The position numbers and the translations under genes were made by a program. DNA of 62,499 bases, counting the filler, from Globobulimina sp. (taxonomy: Eukaryota), in the NCBI GenBank assembly GCA_003354225.1. It is 20 parts of 20 records of this genome, joined end to end, with 100 filler letters (N's around TTAATTAATTAA, not from the genome) between each part and the next. Parts side by side here need not be neighbours in the genome. Positions count along the whole stretch, not along the records: positions 21,921 to 24,950 come from PIVH01003956.1; positions 25,051 to 28,080 come from PIVH01003957.1; positions 28,181 to 31,210 come from PIVH01003958.1; positions 31,311 to 34,340 come from PIVH01003959.1; positions 34,441 to 37,469 come from PIVH01003960.1; 15 more parts are not named here. The stretch is one strand, 5' to 3'. The notes under the pieces were generated by a model that made no database searches, had not been told where the DNA came from, and saw only the letters and a list, made by a program, of their open reading frames with translations. Shown here piece after piece: positions 21,921-35,264 of this stretch; the first letter of the stretch is position 1, and each line of letters starts with the position of its first letter.

Positions 21921-24900
21921 ATTTGTAGCAAAGAAAAGGAATTGGAAGTTACACGGAGGGAATATGAGGAATTAAAACACGAATTACGCGATGGACGCGA
22001 AACCTTATCAGAATTACATAGTCGGCGAGGTAAAATTGAACAGATTGTGGAAGATAATAAGCATAAAAGAAAACAGGTACATACTAAAATGAATGAGTTG
22101 ATGGGGAGATATAATATGAATATGAATAATATGAACATGAATGCGGTGATATCGGCGTTGAAGGACGGAGAAGGACATAAAAAAAAAGAAATGGAACAAT
22201 ATCATAAAAATGCACTGCAAACCGATCAATTGTTAGAAACGGAGATAAATAATTATGTGACAAAGAAGAATAAATTTGATTTTCGAGTGCAGGAATTGGC
22301 CAAACAACAAAGAGATTGCAACACAAAGCAGCAACAATACAATCGGAGATTAAGTCAAATCCGACAACAATTGAAAGGCTGTCAAAATATCCAGCATGAA
22401 ATTGCAACGTTGCAATCTAAAATTGAGCACTTTAAACAAAATGATCCGAGCCAAGGCTGGGAAGCAGAGATCAATCAATGTCAGAAAAGCATTGAACAAA
22501 ACTCAGAAAGAATGCGGAAATTAAATATTCAACGTCGCGCTTTGCAAAACCAATCTGCGCAAACTGCCAAATTACAATTTAAATCGGAACAATATGAGAA
22601 AGCCAATGCATTGTATAACAAATCGTTATCCTCAATAAAAGGAAAGATAGCCCCTATATTACAGCTGCAGAGTGATAATATTAATATGGATGTATTGCAG
22701 GCGGAATTTAATAAAAAAAATAAGTCATTGCGGCAAGAATACGAAGTAGCACAGAGGGAATATAATAAGTTACAAAGAGATGAGTCTGTGGCAGAGAGTC
22801 AATTATCATCGTTGCAGACTGAGAAAGAGAAAATATCGCGGCATTTGAGTGAAGATATTGTGCGCTTATCACAAATGCATCTATCATTAGATGATAATAT
22901 CAATGCATTGATTAGCAAAGCAAGGGCTGATACGCAGAATAAACAGGCGGATTTAGCGTTGGCTAAATGTGGAAGGACATTATATTCGAAATTTAATAAT
23001 TTAGCAAAGAAAAAAAATCAATGCCCAGTGTGCCAGAGACATTTTGATAGCAATAATGCGTTAAATGCCTTTATTAAAACCAATACGAATCGGATAAAAA
23101 ATGTGGAGAAATCGGGTGCTATCGAGAAACATGAAAATGAGGTGAATAAAACGAGGAAGAAATTGCAATCCTTGCAGTCATTGCATCCGATTTATGAAAA
23201 TGCGAAGAAGCAACAGAAAGATCTGCAAGATTTAGAGAAAGAGTTTAAGAAAATGAGTGTGAAAAGGAAGCGGAATGGAGAAGAATTGGAGGAGATGTTT
23301 GTCAGACATATTGAGAACAAATCAGCCTTTGATAAATCTTCCATGTTAATCACAAATGTGAATGAATTATGTCGGCAATATAGAAATTTACAACAACAAC
23401 GACAAGAGTACGAGACTGAAAAGGTAAAATTACAAAAGTTATCACGGAATAAACGAAACTTAAATGATGTCTCCAATGAATATGATGAAATCAGCAATGA
23501 AAACAATGAAAAGAATATGTTGCAGCAAAGGTTACGGGTTAAAATTAATGAGTATGATAAAAAAAAACGTATTACACATAATAAATTGATTGAATTGCAA
23601 CAGAAATCTGCAAATTCTGATAAATTATCAACCGAAGAAAATCGACTCAACAAAGAAGTGCAAGACATGAATGACAATGTGGATAAATTAAATGTCGAAT
23701 TAACAAAACTAAGATCATCGTCAGAGCCGTTAAGTGCCTCCATAAGAAAGAAAAGATCAGAAAGACAACAACAAAGATCCATATCCCAAGCCAAAGAGAG
23801 AAAGCTTCAGGAATATGTAGCTAAATATTCGTCAGATATTCACAACTTACAAAGCAAAGTGAACGAATTGACTGTGAGTGATAACACTTTAGCCAGTGAT
23901 CGATACAGCAATTTAGCGAATACTGTCAAAAGCCAAGAGCTTGCATTCAAAGCATTGCAGGACAAATATAACCACTGCGAGACCAATAAGCATCAGATTG
24001 AGAAATGGTTAGATACGGTGGTTGTGGATAAGCAAGACTTGCAAAGCAATTTAGAGTTTCGAAAGTTTGACCGCTTGGTGAAAAGTAAGAAAAATGAGTT
24101 AAATAATTTAAAATTAGAGATGAAGGAAATACACAGCACTGCGGATAACATATCGATACAGAGAGAAATCGAAGACATTCAAACAAAGGTTGCCATTGAA
24201 CAATCCAATTTAGATCAAGATGTTGGTGGCTCCAACAGTGAGAGGTTGAAAGCAATGGATTTAATGACTACATTGGAAACAGATCGGTATAAGGCTATCG
24301 ATGAAAAATATAGACAGCAATTAATCAAACATGAGACTGTGAACATCGCATATAAGGATTTGGATAAATTCGAGAAGGCTTTGGATAAATCATTGATTGA
24401 GTTTCATTCACTGAAAATGAGAGAGATTAATAGTGTTTTAAAGGAGCTGTGGCAGCAAACATACAGAGGGAAAGATATTGATTATATAGAGATTGTGTCG
24501 GAGATTGGTACTGCGAGTAAACAAACTACAAAACGTAAAAATTATAATTATAATGTAATCATGAAACAGGGCGATGCCTCGTTAACTATGAGGGGGCGAT
24601 GCAGTGCCGGACAGAGAGTGTTGGCATCGTTATTGATTCGATTAGCTTTGGCGGAAACATTTTGTTTAAACTGTGGTGTATTGGCATTGGATGAGCCAAC
24701 CACGAAGCTGGACAGTAAGAATATTGAAGCGTTGGCTTATGCATTCACTGAGATTCTTACTCGGAGGAAAAGAGAAGAGAATTTCCAATTGATTTTAATA
24801 ACGCACGACGAGGCTTTTGTTGAGAAGTTGGGACAAAGAGAACATACGGATGGATATTATCGGGTTTTTAAAAACGATTTTCAACATTCAAAGGCGAAAT

Positions 24901-24950
24901 TATATAAATTTGATGCAAGTCAACAAAATAGAAATAGACATAATAAGATA
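21921..24950 (+). CDS. RAD50: DNA repair protein RAD50, C-terminal two-thirds
   Basis: Long coiled coils, zinc hook CPVCQR, signature MRGRCSAGQRVLAS, Walker B/D-loop ALDEPTTKLD, and H-loop LITHDE. Confidence 0.97.
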
Positions 24951-25066
24951 NNNNNNNNNNNNNNNNNNNNNNNNNNNNNNNNNNNNNNNNNNNNTTAATT
25001 AATTAANNNNNNNNNNNNNNNNNNNNNNNNNNNNNNNNNNNNNNNNNNNNTGGATCAAATACTGTT

Positions 25067-28000
25067 ATGAATTTTTACATATCATCAAATAAAGAATTTA
25101 CAAAGAAAAGAAAAACAGAAAACATTTCCAAAAACGTTTCCAAAAACGTTTTTGAAATATCTAAAAACACTAAAAACGTTTCTGAAAATTTCGGGAATAA
25201 TAAGGAAATAAAAATAAATGATAATCAAATAATTAGCGCAGTGCACAAAGTCGATGGTACGGACAATAAATACTTATTAACACATGAATCAGGCACAAAT
25301 TATAGTATTTGCGAAACCGTATTATCCAAAGCAATCGAAGAAATTAAGAAAAATACGTGCGATTTGAAGATATATAATGAAGAATTAGTAATTCGTGGAT
25401 TTTTAGACGAAGGCGCATCAATTACAATATGTGGAAAGATGGTATTAAACCTATTACGAAAATATTTAGACAATGAGGTAAAGGCATCAATCACCGCAGG
25501 CGGCTTCGACTCGAATAACACAAATCAATTTTACAAATCGTCAACAAAATTAAAATTACCGATACAATCAACAGAATTTAGCATAGTAACCGGAAAAACA
25601 AAGATTAAGAAGGTTTACATTCGAGTATGGTTTCTTGAATGCGTACCTCCGGACTTATTAATAATTGGTAGAGACGCAAGAAAATATTTGAATTTAGGCA
25701 CATATTCAAAGAATGATATCAAAAAATGCATGTTTTATCATGCTCGGCATCAATTATTTAATATACTCCCCGAAGATGAAGATGTAAACAATTATTTAGA
25801 TCAAATTGAGTATCGTCATAAAGGCGACCCCGGTATTTATAAAATAACTGAAAATAATGAAGTAACCGCATTAAAAGCAAGATTTGCAAAGAAATCTGAT
25901 ATTGAAAGAACTAAGAATGAAAATTATAGCATTTCTGCGATTAGTTTGTATACACAAACTGAGAATAGCCATAAATTGAAAAGAGATCAAATATGTCCAA
26001 TAAATTGCATTTTAAAATTAAAAAATGGAGACTTTATAAATAATCAAAAAAATAACGAATCATTTATTTATGTCATTGACGACAAAAATATAGTTAAAAA
26101 TGATGAAAATAATGAGATTAATAATAATACGATGATATTAAATCAAAATATAAATACCGCAGTATTTGAATTAGCAACATACAAATTAACCGATGGAACA
26201 ATTATTAGCTATCCGAAGATTTTAGACAATGTAGAATATGATACAAATTTATTGGGATTGGATCGTGTATATAAAAACAAGTATCATTTAGCACAAAAAA
26301 GCCATGTTTACGCGCGTTCTGACTTTGACGTAGGACAAGTTACCACAGTCAAGCCATTAATGGTGCATATTATTGATCGCTCAAAATTACGATTAGGCGG
26401 ATTCTATCCATTGAATACCGCAGATAATGCAATATTAAATAAAGAAATTGTAGTTTGGAATGAAAATGGTTTATTACATTGGCAGGATCAATCAAATAAA
26501 GATGACGTTGTTGAAAATACGAGCGGAGCGTTCGTAGTACATCGCAAATTAGGTAAAGACGAAGAAAATAATCTCATTGTAGCCTCCCGCGCTGTCAATG
26601 ATTTTAAACCATTGAATGAGAATACGTACCCATACATTTATGACAATCTTACCATCGAAGAATTGCACGACTTAACGTCAGACGCTATATTATCGAATCA
26701 AACTGACATAAAAAAATGGTTTTATCACATTGGATTAGATCAACGTTGCCGCCGTGTCTGTGCTATTCGAGTAAAAGGAGGAGTATTGGTGCCAGAGGTT
26801 GTATTGCAAGGACTAAAGAATGCTCCCATTTATTGCCATAAAGTAGCTTCTGATTTATTCGAAAATGTCGCATATGCGATTCAGGATGATTTACATCAAG
26901 GAATTGTCGCTAAGAACATCGAAATGGCCAAAGATTTAGCTTTAGAACAATATGAAAAGTTAATTGACATCGCTCTGAAACATAATATAAAATTACATTC
27001 AAAAAAGACAAAGATCGGATTTTCAAACTATATTCGAGTAAATAAGCAAATAACGTCCAGCGGTGCTCAGGTATTAAAAAAGCACACTACAAATGCATTA
27101 GAAATGAAATTTGATAAACTAAAAACTAAGACAGATTATCAAGTATTTGAAGGAATGGCACAGTACGTATCGCCTCACGTACATAATTTGGCAGAAAAAC
27201 TATATTTATTACGCGAAGAAATGATAAAAAGCGCTAAATTACCACCAGATTTTAGCGAAAATGGAAAGAAATTGACTATAAAACAGAAAAATGAACGAAC
27301 TTATTTGGTAAAGTCGAAGGAAGGAGAAAAATTATTTGGTGACATTCAAGATAAAATAAAGGGTGCATTGCTTTTGCACCATCCAAATATGAAAATAAAT
27401 AGCAAACACCGTTTCTTATTAGAAACAGACACTTCGTTAATCACAACGAGTGGTTTAGTTTACCAACAAAAACTAACAAAGCCACCATTTTTATTATCAG
27501 AAAGCAAAGATTTAATGGAAAAACAATTGCAACTAAAATATAATTTAATTGCTTTATATTCAAAGTCATTAACGGATCAACAGCAACGTTATGGAGCCAC
27601 TCAACGCGAATTATTAGGATTAAAATTAGCATTTACTAAATTCAAACGATATCTATGTATAAAATCGTTCGACGTCATCGGTGATTGTGAGCCATTGGTT
27701 GCTTTATTCAAATTAAACAAGGATTGCCCGAATAAAATGATGCTACGATGGAGGAGAGAATGTGGATTATATTCATTTAGATTCTATCACAGAGCAGGAA
27801 AATTAATGAAATTATCAGATTATATGTCAAGATTAAGTAATATCACTGACTCACCGTCAATGGATATATTACCAGAAAAACAAGAATTAGCACAAATTGA
27901 AGCTTTTGGAATTCAGTTAGTCGCATCTATTGATTTCAAAATAGATCGCGAGGAGAAAGAAAATGATTTGATATTGGATCGAAAACGAAATCTGATTTCA

Positions 28001-28080
28001 TCGATAAGCACTATTTCAGAAATAAATACCATTGCAAACTTTAAGCAATGTACTGATTTGAAAATATGTACAAATAAATC
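25067..28080 (+). mobile_element. pol: Ty3/gypsy-like LTR retroelement pol (protease-RT-RNase H), partial and uninterrupted
   Basis: Protease FLDEGASIT...IIGRD. RT: RAVNDFKPLNENT, QTDIKKWFYHI, LQGLKNAP, AIQDD, KLHSKK. RNase H: LETDTS, QQRYGATQRELLG, GDCEPL, LSDYMSR. PR-RT-RH order with no integrase upstream of RT. Confidence 0.9.
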
Positions 28081-29867
28081 NNNNNNNNNNNNNNNNNNNN
28101 NNNNNNNNNNNNNNNNNNNNNNNNTTAATTAATTAANNNNNNNNNNNNNNNNNNNNNNNNNNNNNNNNNNNNNNNNNNNNCTGAATGCACATTCTCTACA
28201 TCAGATGTGTCAGAAAGAGACGTCGGGATTACATTATCATCCAATTCAACGTCTGAATGCACATTCTCTCCTGTGGGGATTGGGTTGTGCTCGGTTGCGC
28301 TTTCTTCAATGGGACTAATGGTTGCTGATTGGGCAGGAAGAGTGGGAGGGTCATATTTTGAAAGATTCTCAGGAATCATATTCGATGGGGGTACTGCAAA
28401 AGAGAATAATGGAACATGTAAAAAAACGAGACAACACGTCCTGGCTTCGCCAGAACCAATTCATATTTTTGGAATTTTGACAACTAATTAGCATAAATTA
28501 TGAACAGTTGAAATTAATATTTCTCGCATATTATTCGGGACATTATTGGCTCTCAATCGAAAAAGGAATGAACCATTTTGGTTAACTTATCAGAAATATT
28601 AAAAATTATCGATTTTTAATGGATTTTTATCAATTATCGAACAATAATTTTAATCAAATTTTGATGGGGTTTTACTTAGAGGGTTATTACTTTTCGATCG
28701 AAAAAGGTTTGAACGATTTTTGTTTACGTTTTGAATATATCGAAAATTAAAAATATTAATTATCGACAATAAATAATTATTCAAACATTTTTTAAAAAAC
28801 CGAGAGCGCTAGCACCAATCATTTTTAACATTTCAAAAATATCTAAAATTATGGGTTTTTATTTGATTTTTATCGATAATCGATTGCCCCTATTGCGCAC
28901 AACTATACTATTGCACATCGATACCCCTATTGCACACAACTAATACTGTACAATGTACCTGTAATCTCAGTTTTCGGCATGTGGTTGTTTACTTTGACCA
29001 ACTGCATCTCCTCGTGCAAAGCACTGAAGTCAACAGGGCTAGCTGAAACAGTGAGGTTTACTAATAAATTAAAAATCCACTCCGACATCCACTTCCGAAT
29101 AGCACGGTGTCACATTTTACTATGCGGCATCACATCGTCTTCCATCTTTTTTTGCAATGGACGTCCGAAATTTTTGTTGCAGCATCCACCGTGCGGTTCC
29201 GAAGGGGATGGGATCATATCATACATCATTTCATTACTATAAATAATAAAATAAAACTATAGTATATACCGGTATCTAAATCATTTTCGGTCAATGTTTG
29301 ATTTGACTCGCTCACACTTCTGCATCTAACACCACCAATCATACCAAACCGATTAAAAGGGAAACCTTGATAACTGAGGGAATCTGCATCTGACAGAGTG
29401 ATGTGACGATTCTTCAACGATTCTAAAATAAACATTTTAGATAGTACATACATTCTCAGTGGAACACCCTCACCGCAGCATGTGTTGAAGGATCAACCCA
29501 ACGTGGGGCGTTACCGTAAGCTTTTGCACATCTTTTGGTGCATACCGTAGCAGCACAGCCCTTCCAAAACAATGATGGCCGCCGCTAATCCGAAATTGTG
29601 AATACACCCTAGATGCCTAGACCCTACAACACAGTACCTTCAGGTTCATTTTTGTCTTCTTCATTTTCTTCATCGGATGATGATTCACCATACATATTTC
29701 TGTTACAGAACGTAGCCGATGACTGACGCATATCAAAAACAGGAGACGATGAACTATCTAAAATGGGACTCATACAGCAACAAGTCGCTCAGTAGTCAAG
29801 TCTGGTTTGGTTTCTTTACAACATACAAACAGAAAGAATACCACCATTTATTAGTGAGTAACGCAAC

Positions 29868-30304
29868 CATAGGTGTGGTAGGGGGTATGGTCAGACCTGT
29901 GCACCAGTTTCAGCTGCCCCCAGGGTAATTTCAAAATTTTTACGGGGGGACTAGGGGGCTGGCGACTTTGCCCCCAGGCTAGCGGAGCGGGGGCTAACCC
30001 AAAATTGCGATTTTTGGCTAGGAATCGATTTCTGGCATGTTTTGAGGGTAGTTTGGGGTAATAATAAGCATATGGTCAGAAAACATTATTTTTGCCCAAA
30101 GTTCATGGTATGAAAATTCCCTAAAAGGTTGGCCCCCAAGCTAGGGGGCTAGGCCGATGCTCAGGGGGCAGCCCCCCTTGCGCAGGTCTGGTATGGTGGG
30201 TTGGTCCTCCGACCATAGGTGTAGTTGGTCGACTTGCTCGGGGGGGATAAGCCTTGTCCGATTGCCCTCCAGGTCTGCCCGATTGGCCAAAAAATCCAAC
30301 TATG
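29868..30304. mobile_element. Non-autonomous TIR element (outer), hAT-like
   Basis: Termini CATAG...CTATG, flanked by a near-perfect 8-bp direct repeat (aacgcaac at 29860-29867, aacacaac at 30305-30312). Confidence 0.5.
29892..30190. mobile_element. Nested MITE with TIRs and 7-bp TSD
   Basis: TIRs CAGACCTGTGCA / TGCGCAGGTCTG (1 mismatch), subterminal GCTGCCCCC / GGGGGCAGC, and gtatggt immediately on both sides. Confidence 0.75.
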
Positions 30305-30350
30305 AACACAACCTGTCAACGTCAACTGTAGAAGGAATAGGTACAGTATC

Positions 30351-31097
30351 ACGCAGTGCCGTACCTGATTCAGGAGTTATAGTTTTTAGTGCATCCTCTT
30401 TACTGTTGGCATACGAACAAGAAGACATTTCTTCATCCTCTATTGATTGTTGCGTTGGTGGAAACCGTACCATGCGGGGTCCATTTATATTGAAGTATGA
30501 TCCATCACCCCCTACTGACATTGATTGTTGCGTTGTTGATGGTTCCTGTTCCACGTGTGCTAGACCTGCATCCACTGCCGCTAGTTCTGGCGCCTGTTTG
30601 TGTTCGTGTAATTGGTTTCCTAAAACGTATAAACATTTATACTATATATAATGTTAACGGTAACCTTCGGTATAAATAATTATTCAGAAACGGTACACTA
30701 CACCTTCGGTTTAGATTTATTGCACCCGTAGCGGTTGTGCACACCGTTTTTGGTTGGGGAGGGGCATATTTTTTTCAGATCTCGGGAGGGGTTAGGGTGG
30801 TATAAAACTAGATAAACCCAAAAAAAGGTTAAAAAGTGCGTTTTCGCCAATAATTTTGCCAATTTTTGTCTTTTTTACCCCCAGACTGCTTCCAGAGGGG
30901 ACTAATCAAGTTCTGCGGGAGGCGGACACCCTTAAATCCCCAGGCCAGTCGGGCTTGAACATCTATGCAGCAGTGTCGTACCTGAATCAGCAGTTATCAT
31001 TTTTAGTGTATCATCAATTCTGTTGACATACGAACAAGAAGGCATTCCTTCATCCTCTATTGATAGTCCTGGCGCATGTTTGTGTTCATGTGATTGG
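30351..31097. repeat. Diverged direct duplication of a ~95-bp (probably exonic) segment
   Basis: 30352-30447 resembles 30970-31064 (gcagtg.cgtacctga.tcag...catacgaacaagaag.catt.cttcatcctctattgat). 30587-30620 resembles 31069-31097. Confidence 0.75.
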
Positions 31098-31310
31098 CTT
31101 CCGCGGACGAACTAAATATAAATAAATTTCATTAAAATATAAAGAACAACGATACATGTACAAGAACGAATTGGTCGTACTGTAATTTTGTACCATATGT
31201 ACATACATGTNNNNNNNNNNNNNNNNNNNNNNNNNNNNNNNNNNNNNNNNNNNNTTAATTAATTAANNNNNNNNNNNNNNNNNNNNNNNNNNNNNNNNNN
31301 NNNNNNNNNN

Positions 31311-32628
31311 GCATCAAGTAAAGGCAGAATATTGTATGGAAGAGATCCATCATCCAACAGGTGTTGTTCTTGAATGCGTATCAAAATGTCATATTGCTGT
31401 ATTGAGCTCGCATTATATTGAAAAAAAATAGGTGGTCCGTGGGGCAGTGATTATATCGATGATCATTTTGACAATTTATTGAGCGAAATATTTGGAGAAG
31501 AAGCAATTAGACCGTTCAGAGAGTTTGCCCCTGCGAATTACACCAAAATCAAAAATAATTTCCGCAAATCAAAAATGTCATTTTATAACAAAGCGTCTGA
31601 CAAATACCACAAAGTGCAATTAACTCTGGAATTTATGACTGAAATACCAAAATATTCGATGCGGAAGTTCGGAGCTGATGCGGTGACCAATGTGGATGAG
31701 CAAGAAGCGTTTAATAAGATTATTGACGGAGCGCGCCCGTTTGGTTTGGAAAGAGGGCACTTGAAAATGGATGGCGATTTCGTGCATATTTCCAGCAGAA
31801 TATGGCGAGAATGCTTATTTGACAAAGTTATAGATCCAATGATAAAACACGTGCAGGAAATGATACCAATCGTCAATCAGACCGAGGACAAACAGGGGAA
31901 TACAAAAAATATAAAATATTTATGCATTGCAGGTATGTATACACTAATTTTGTTCTGTTTTGTGTGGGATATCGTATTTAATATATCAATGATAAGGCGG
32001 CTTGGCGTCATCCAAATATTTTCAATATAGAATCCATGAACAATTTGGCATGAATTCCGCACGCAAATTATCGATACGTATCCCTCGCAGACCTATATTG
32101 TCGGTGATTGATGGCGCTTTGAAATTGGGTTTGCGACCGGGATATATTAAGACGCGACGCTTAAAATATACGTATGGCATCGCAGTGGACCGTTCGGAGA
32201 GGAACGTGGATTTAACCCGGTTGCCGCCAGGATATTTAGAGGCGAATGTTTATAATCATCCAAAAACACATAAACGAACAGTACGCAATTTATTCAGTAA
32301 ATGGGTGGCACAAAATGAAGCCATTGATATCGAGGAGAAAATAGTTAAACAATATCGGAGGTTTCATAAAAATGAGAGGAACTGCAAATTGTCGATTTAT
32401 TGCAGTTCGTTGCCAGATCCGTATGTCGTTGAAGGCTCACCGTTGGCTTCGGTGACTGTCCCATTTCCAATCAAATATCAAGGATTGGCGTTTCTTGTTG
32501 AATTTTATTTTGGTGATACGAAGATTAAAGCAAATGTGCTTTATCAAGATAATAAAAGTAATATGCAACAGGATAAGAAGAATGATGATAATAAAGTTAT
32601 CTTAGAGTTAGAATATGAAACTTTATAA
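31311..32628 (+). CDS. HSPA12: HSP70-superfamily HSPA12-like protein, C-terminal part (introns 31361-31431 and 31933-31996)
   Basis: Spliced sequence gives PTGGPWGSDYIDDHF, YLCIAGGLASSKYFQ, PILSVIDGA, RRLKYTYGI and VEFYFGDTKIK. Confidence 0.85.
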
Positions 32629-32754
32629 CTGTTTTATTTTAAAAGTGTCAGTCGTCAGTCGACGTCTCTTGTATCTCAAGTAATGTGTCATTTAATTTCG
32701 TTGATTATCTTCCGTCCACAGAGTGTTTTTTTTATAAATCCTTGCACAATCTGA

Positions 32755-34028
32755 ATGGCAGAAGCCAGCGACGAAAAAAAACAACAACAACAATATCCAA
32801 ACTATATTGGTAAAACAAACGACATTGAGAAGGAACTGAGCAATCTCAAGAAAATATACGGCAAAAGCTACTCTGAATTATATGCCAGAAATGTGGAAAA
32901 TGTGGCATGGTTTGATTACAAAGACAAAACAATTGCGACTGTCACAATAATGCAATTTAATATGTTGGCGGATGGTTTAAGGTGCGTCTATGTCCGCTTT
33001 CTTTCTCTTTCCCTCAACGTGGCCATAAACAATTAACAATTAACAGCGGTATTCATGTTCGCGAAAATGCGAAGGATGCAACCTCGCAAAAAAAAACATT
33101 TCTCAATGTACCAAAAGAGAGTCTCGTTTTTGCGTATCGCGGGTTTCGTATTTTGGAAGAAATAGCCCGCCACGAACCAGATATTATTTGTTTGCAAGAA
33201 TGCGACCAATTTGATTTTTTATTGCATTATCTGTCTCCGTTGGGCTTCAAAGGAGAGTTTAATCCAAAAGCATCCTCGCCGTGCCTCAGCATCGCAAAAG
33301 CACATAATATTACATTGAACGCGGACGGAGTGGCTATATTTTATTCCTCTAAATTTCAGCTGAAAGTGGTGCAGAAATTCGGCAAAAGCATTGAAAAGAT
33401 CGAGGTGGATATCCCGGCGATAAATATATTATTGACGCATTTGAAAAGCGATAAGGATTTTATTGTCACGTGCTGCCATTTAAAATCAACTAAGAATCTC
33501 AAGGGAGAGCGCATTCGCTTGCAACAATTGCAGCATTTACTGCCGATCACGCGGCAGCTATCCACGTCGGCGTTGTCTTCGTCGGCAAGCGGCGTCATTC
33601 CTGTTTTTGTGGCATGCGATTTGAACACAAACAACAATGAAACCTATTCCACTGTCTATGATTCGATTATGTTTCCGCGCAAAGTGAAGAGCGATAAAAA
33701 AAAGGACGATAAGGGCCTGAAACCAGAGATGCCAAAGGATTATGTGGATGGTTATGATGGGTTGGATTTGTGGAGTGCGTATTATTCGCATTCTATTCCG
33801 AATACGGACAAGAAGAAAGACTGCGAACCGCCATATACGACGTATAAAAAGAGGGCCAACGGAGTCAGCAAACATTGCATTGATTATATATTTTATCAAA
33901 AAAGCAAAGCAAACGTTGTAAGGTTGCTGTCGATACCGCCGATACAAAAAATCAATCCACAAACTTTGTTGCCTGGATTTGAATATCCCTCCGATCATAT
34001 CGCCATTCAAGCTAGTTTTCAATTTTGA
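32755..34028 (+). CDS. NOCT: Nocturnin/CCR4-family EEP phosphatase (intron 32982-33046)
   Basis: MQFNMLADGLS, EEIARHEPDIICLQECD, HLKS, CDLN, YTTYKKR, CIDYIF and YPSDH. Confidence 0.85.
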
Positions 34029-34236
34029 TTATCTGCTTTTTTTTTAATATTCTTCTGCTTTTGAGTTGTGAACTTGTAAATAGTTATTTTAATTATGACA
34101 GAGGTACAGTAAATAAGGGAATGCTGGTATGACAGAGGTTATTTTAATTACGTAATTTACCAACATTCCCTAACCACCGTCCTAGTAACCGATCAACTGC
34201 AAAAGTCAAAATCGGTAGAAACACCAAACATGTTAA

Positions 34237-34340
34237 GGAAGATAACAACGAAATTAATGACACATTACTTGGGATACAAGAGACGTCGACTGACGACTAA
34301 CACTTTTAAAATAAAACAGTTATAAAGTTTCATATTCTAA
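34237..34340 (-). repeat. Inverted copy of the HSPA12-like 3' end and downstream flank
   Basis: Reverse complement of ~32608-32713 with 2 substitutions and 2 single-base indels. It includes the last codons LEYETL and the stop, and runs into the contig end. Confidence 0.9.
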
Positions 34341-34440
34341 NNNNNNNNNNNNNNNNNNNNNNNNNNNNNNNNNNNNNNNNNNNNTTAATTAATTAANNNN
34401 NNNNNNNNNNNNNNNNNNNNNNNNNNNNNNNNNNNNNNNN

Positions 34441-35188
34441 TATAAAGACTGCGAAATTTAATATGCGATTAAATTATGATTATGATGAATGGATGGAAGA
34501 TAGTGAGCAGTGTGCGAGTTCACTTCAAAATGAATTAGCTACGATATTACAAATACAGCCATCATTAATTAAAATGGGAACTGATATCAAGGAAGGAAGT
34601 GTAATTATTGATTTTTGGGTTTTAAATGTCTGGATCCCGTTATTTACGGCACAGTTAGCCAGTGATCCAATGGCCCATCCACATAACTTGAGACCACAGG
34701 ATCAAATTGAGGCAAAATATGGAAACGACTGGTATAAAGCCACAGTTATGGACATTCGAAACTTTGTAAGTCAACAAGGCATAAATTTTAAAATACATTA
34801 TAATAAAATTCGGGGAGCTGCAGCATTTACATTCAAAAATACGGAATGGTTTTTTAGTGAAACAGAGGCCGCGAGATTACGTGTTCCAAATCAATTAATT
34901 GTTCGTTTGACGCCTCAAGGAGCACGAATTACGACCACATTTGTACCACCGCCGTTAGCTACAGTGCAACGGATAGAGGATGTACAATGTGGTCATCATA
35001 TATTTGTTCGCTGTAAAGGAATGTGGCATAGATGTGAAGTCATAGAAACTCGTAATACATTTAGAGGAATTAAAATTCAAGTGACTTATTTGGATTATAT
35101 TTTTTTTGATAATGATGAGTGGTTAAATTTATGGGAACCACGTCATGTGGAAAGGATCAGTTGCAGAGATGAGAGACCTTATATTTGA
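34441..35188 (+). CDS. Protein with two Tudor/Agenet-like domains, probably 5'-truncated
   Basis: LRPQDQIEAKYGNDWYKATV...IHY...EWF and VQCGHHIFVRCKGMWHRCEV...VTY...DEWL. Confidence 0.6.
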
Positions 35189-35264
35189 ATTGTTCTTGAT
35201 TTATTGTATACAAATTAAACAAAAAGTTTTTAAATTTAATGCTAGTTTGTGCTTATAAAAGACC

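Noticed and set aside
21921-28080. Functional linkage between neighbours such as RAD50 and the retroelement pol, or any cross-linker gene cluster
   Set aside because: They are on separate contigs that are adjacent only because of length sorting.
28960-29236. In-frame TGA (~29110) in a protein-like minus-strand segment as selenocysteine
   Set aside because: There is no recognisable selenoprotein motif or SECIS and the exon phases could not be reconciled. It is more likely non-coding or decayed sequence.
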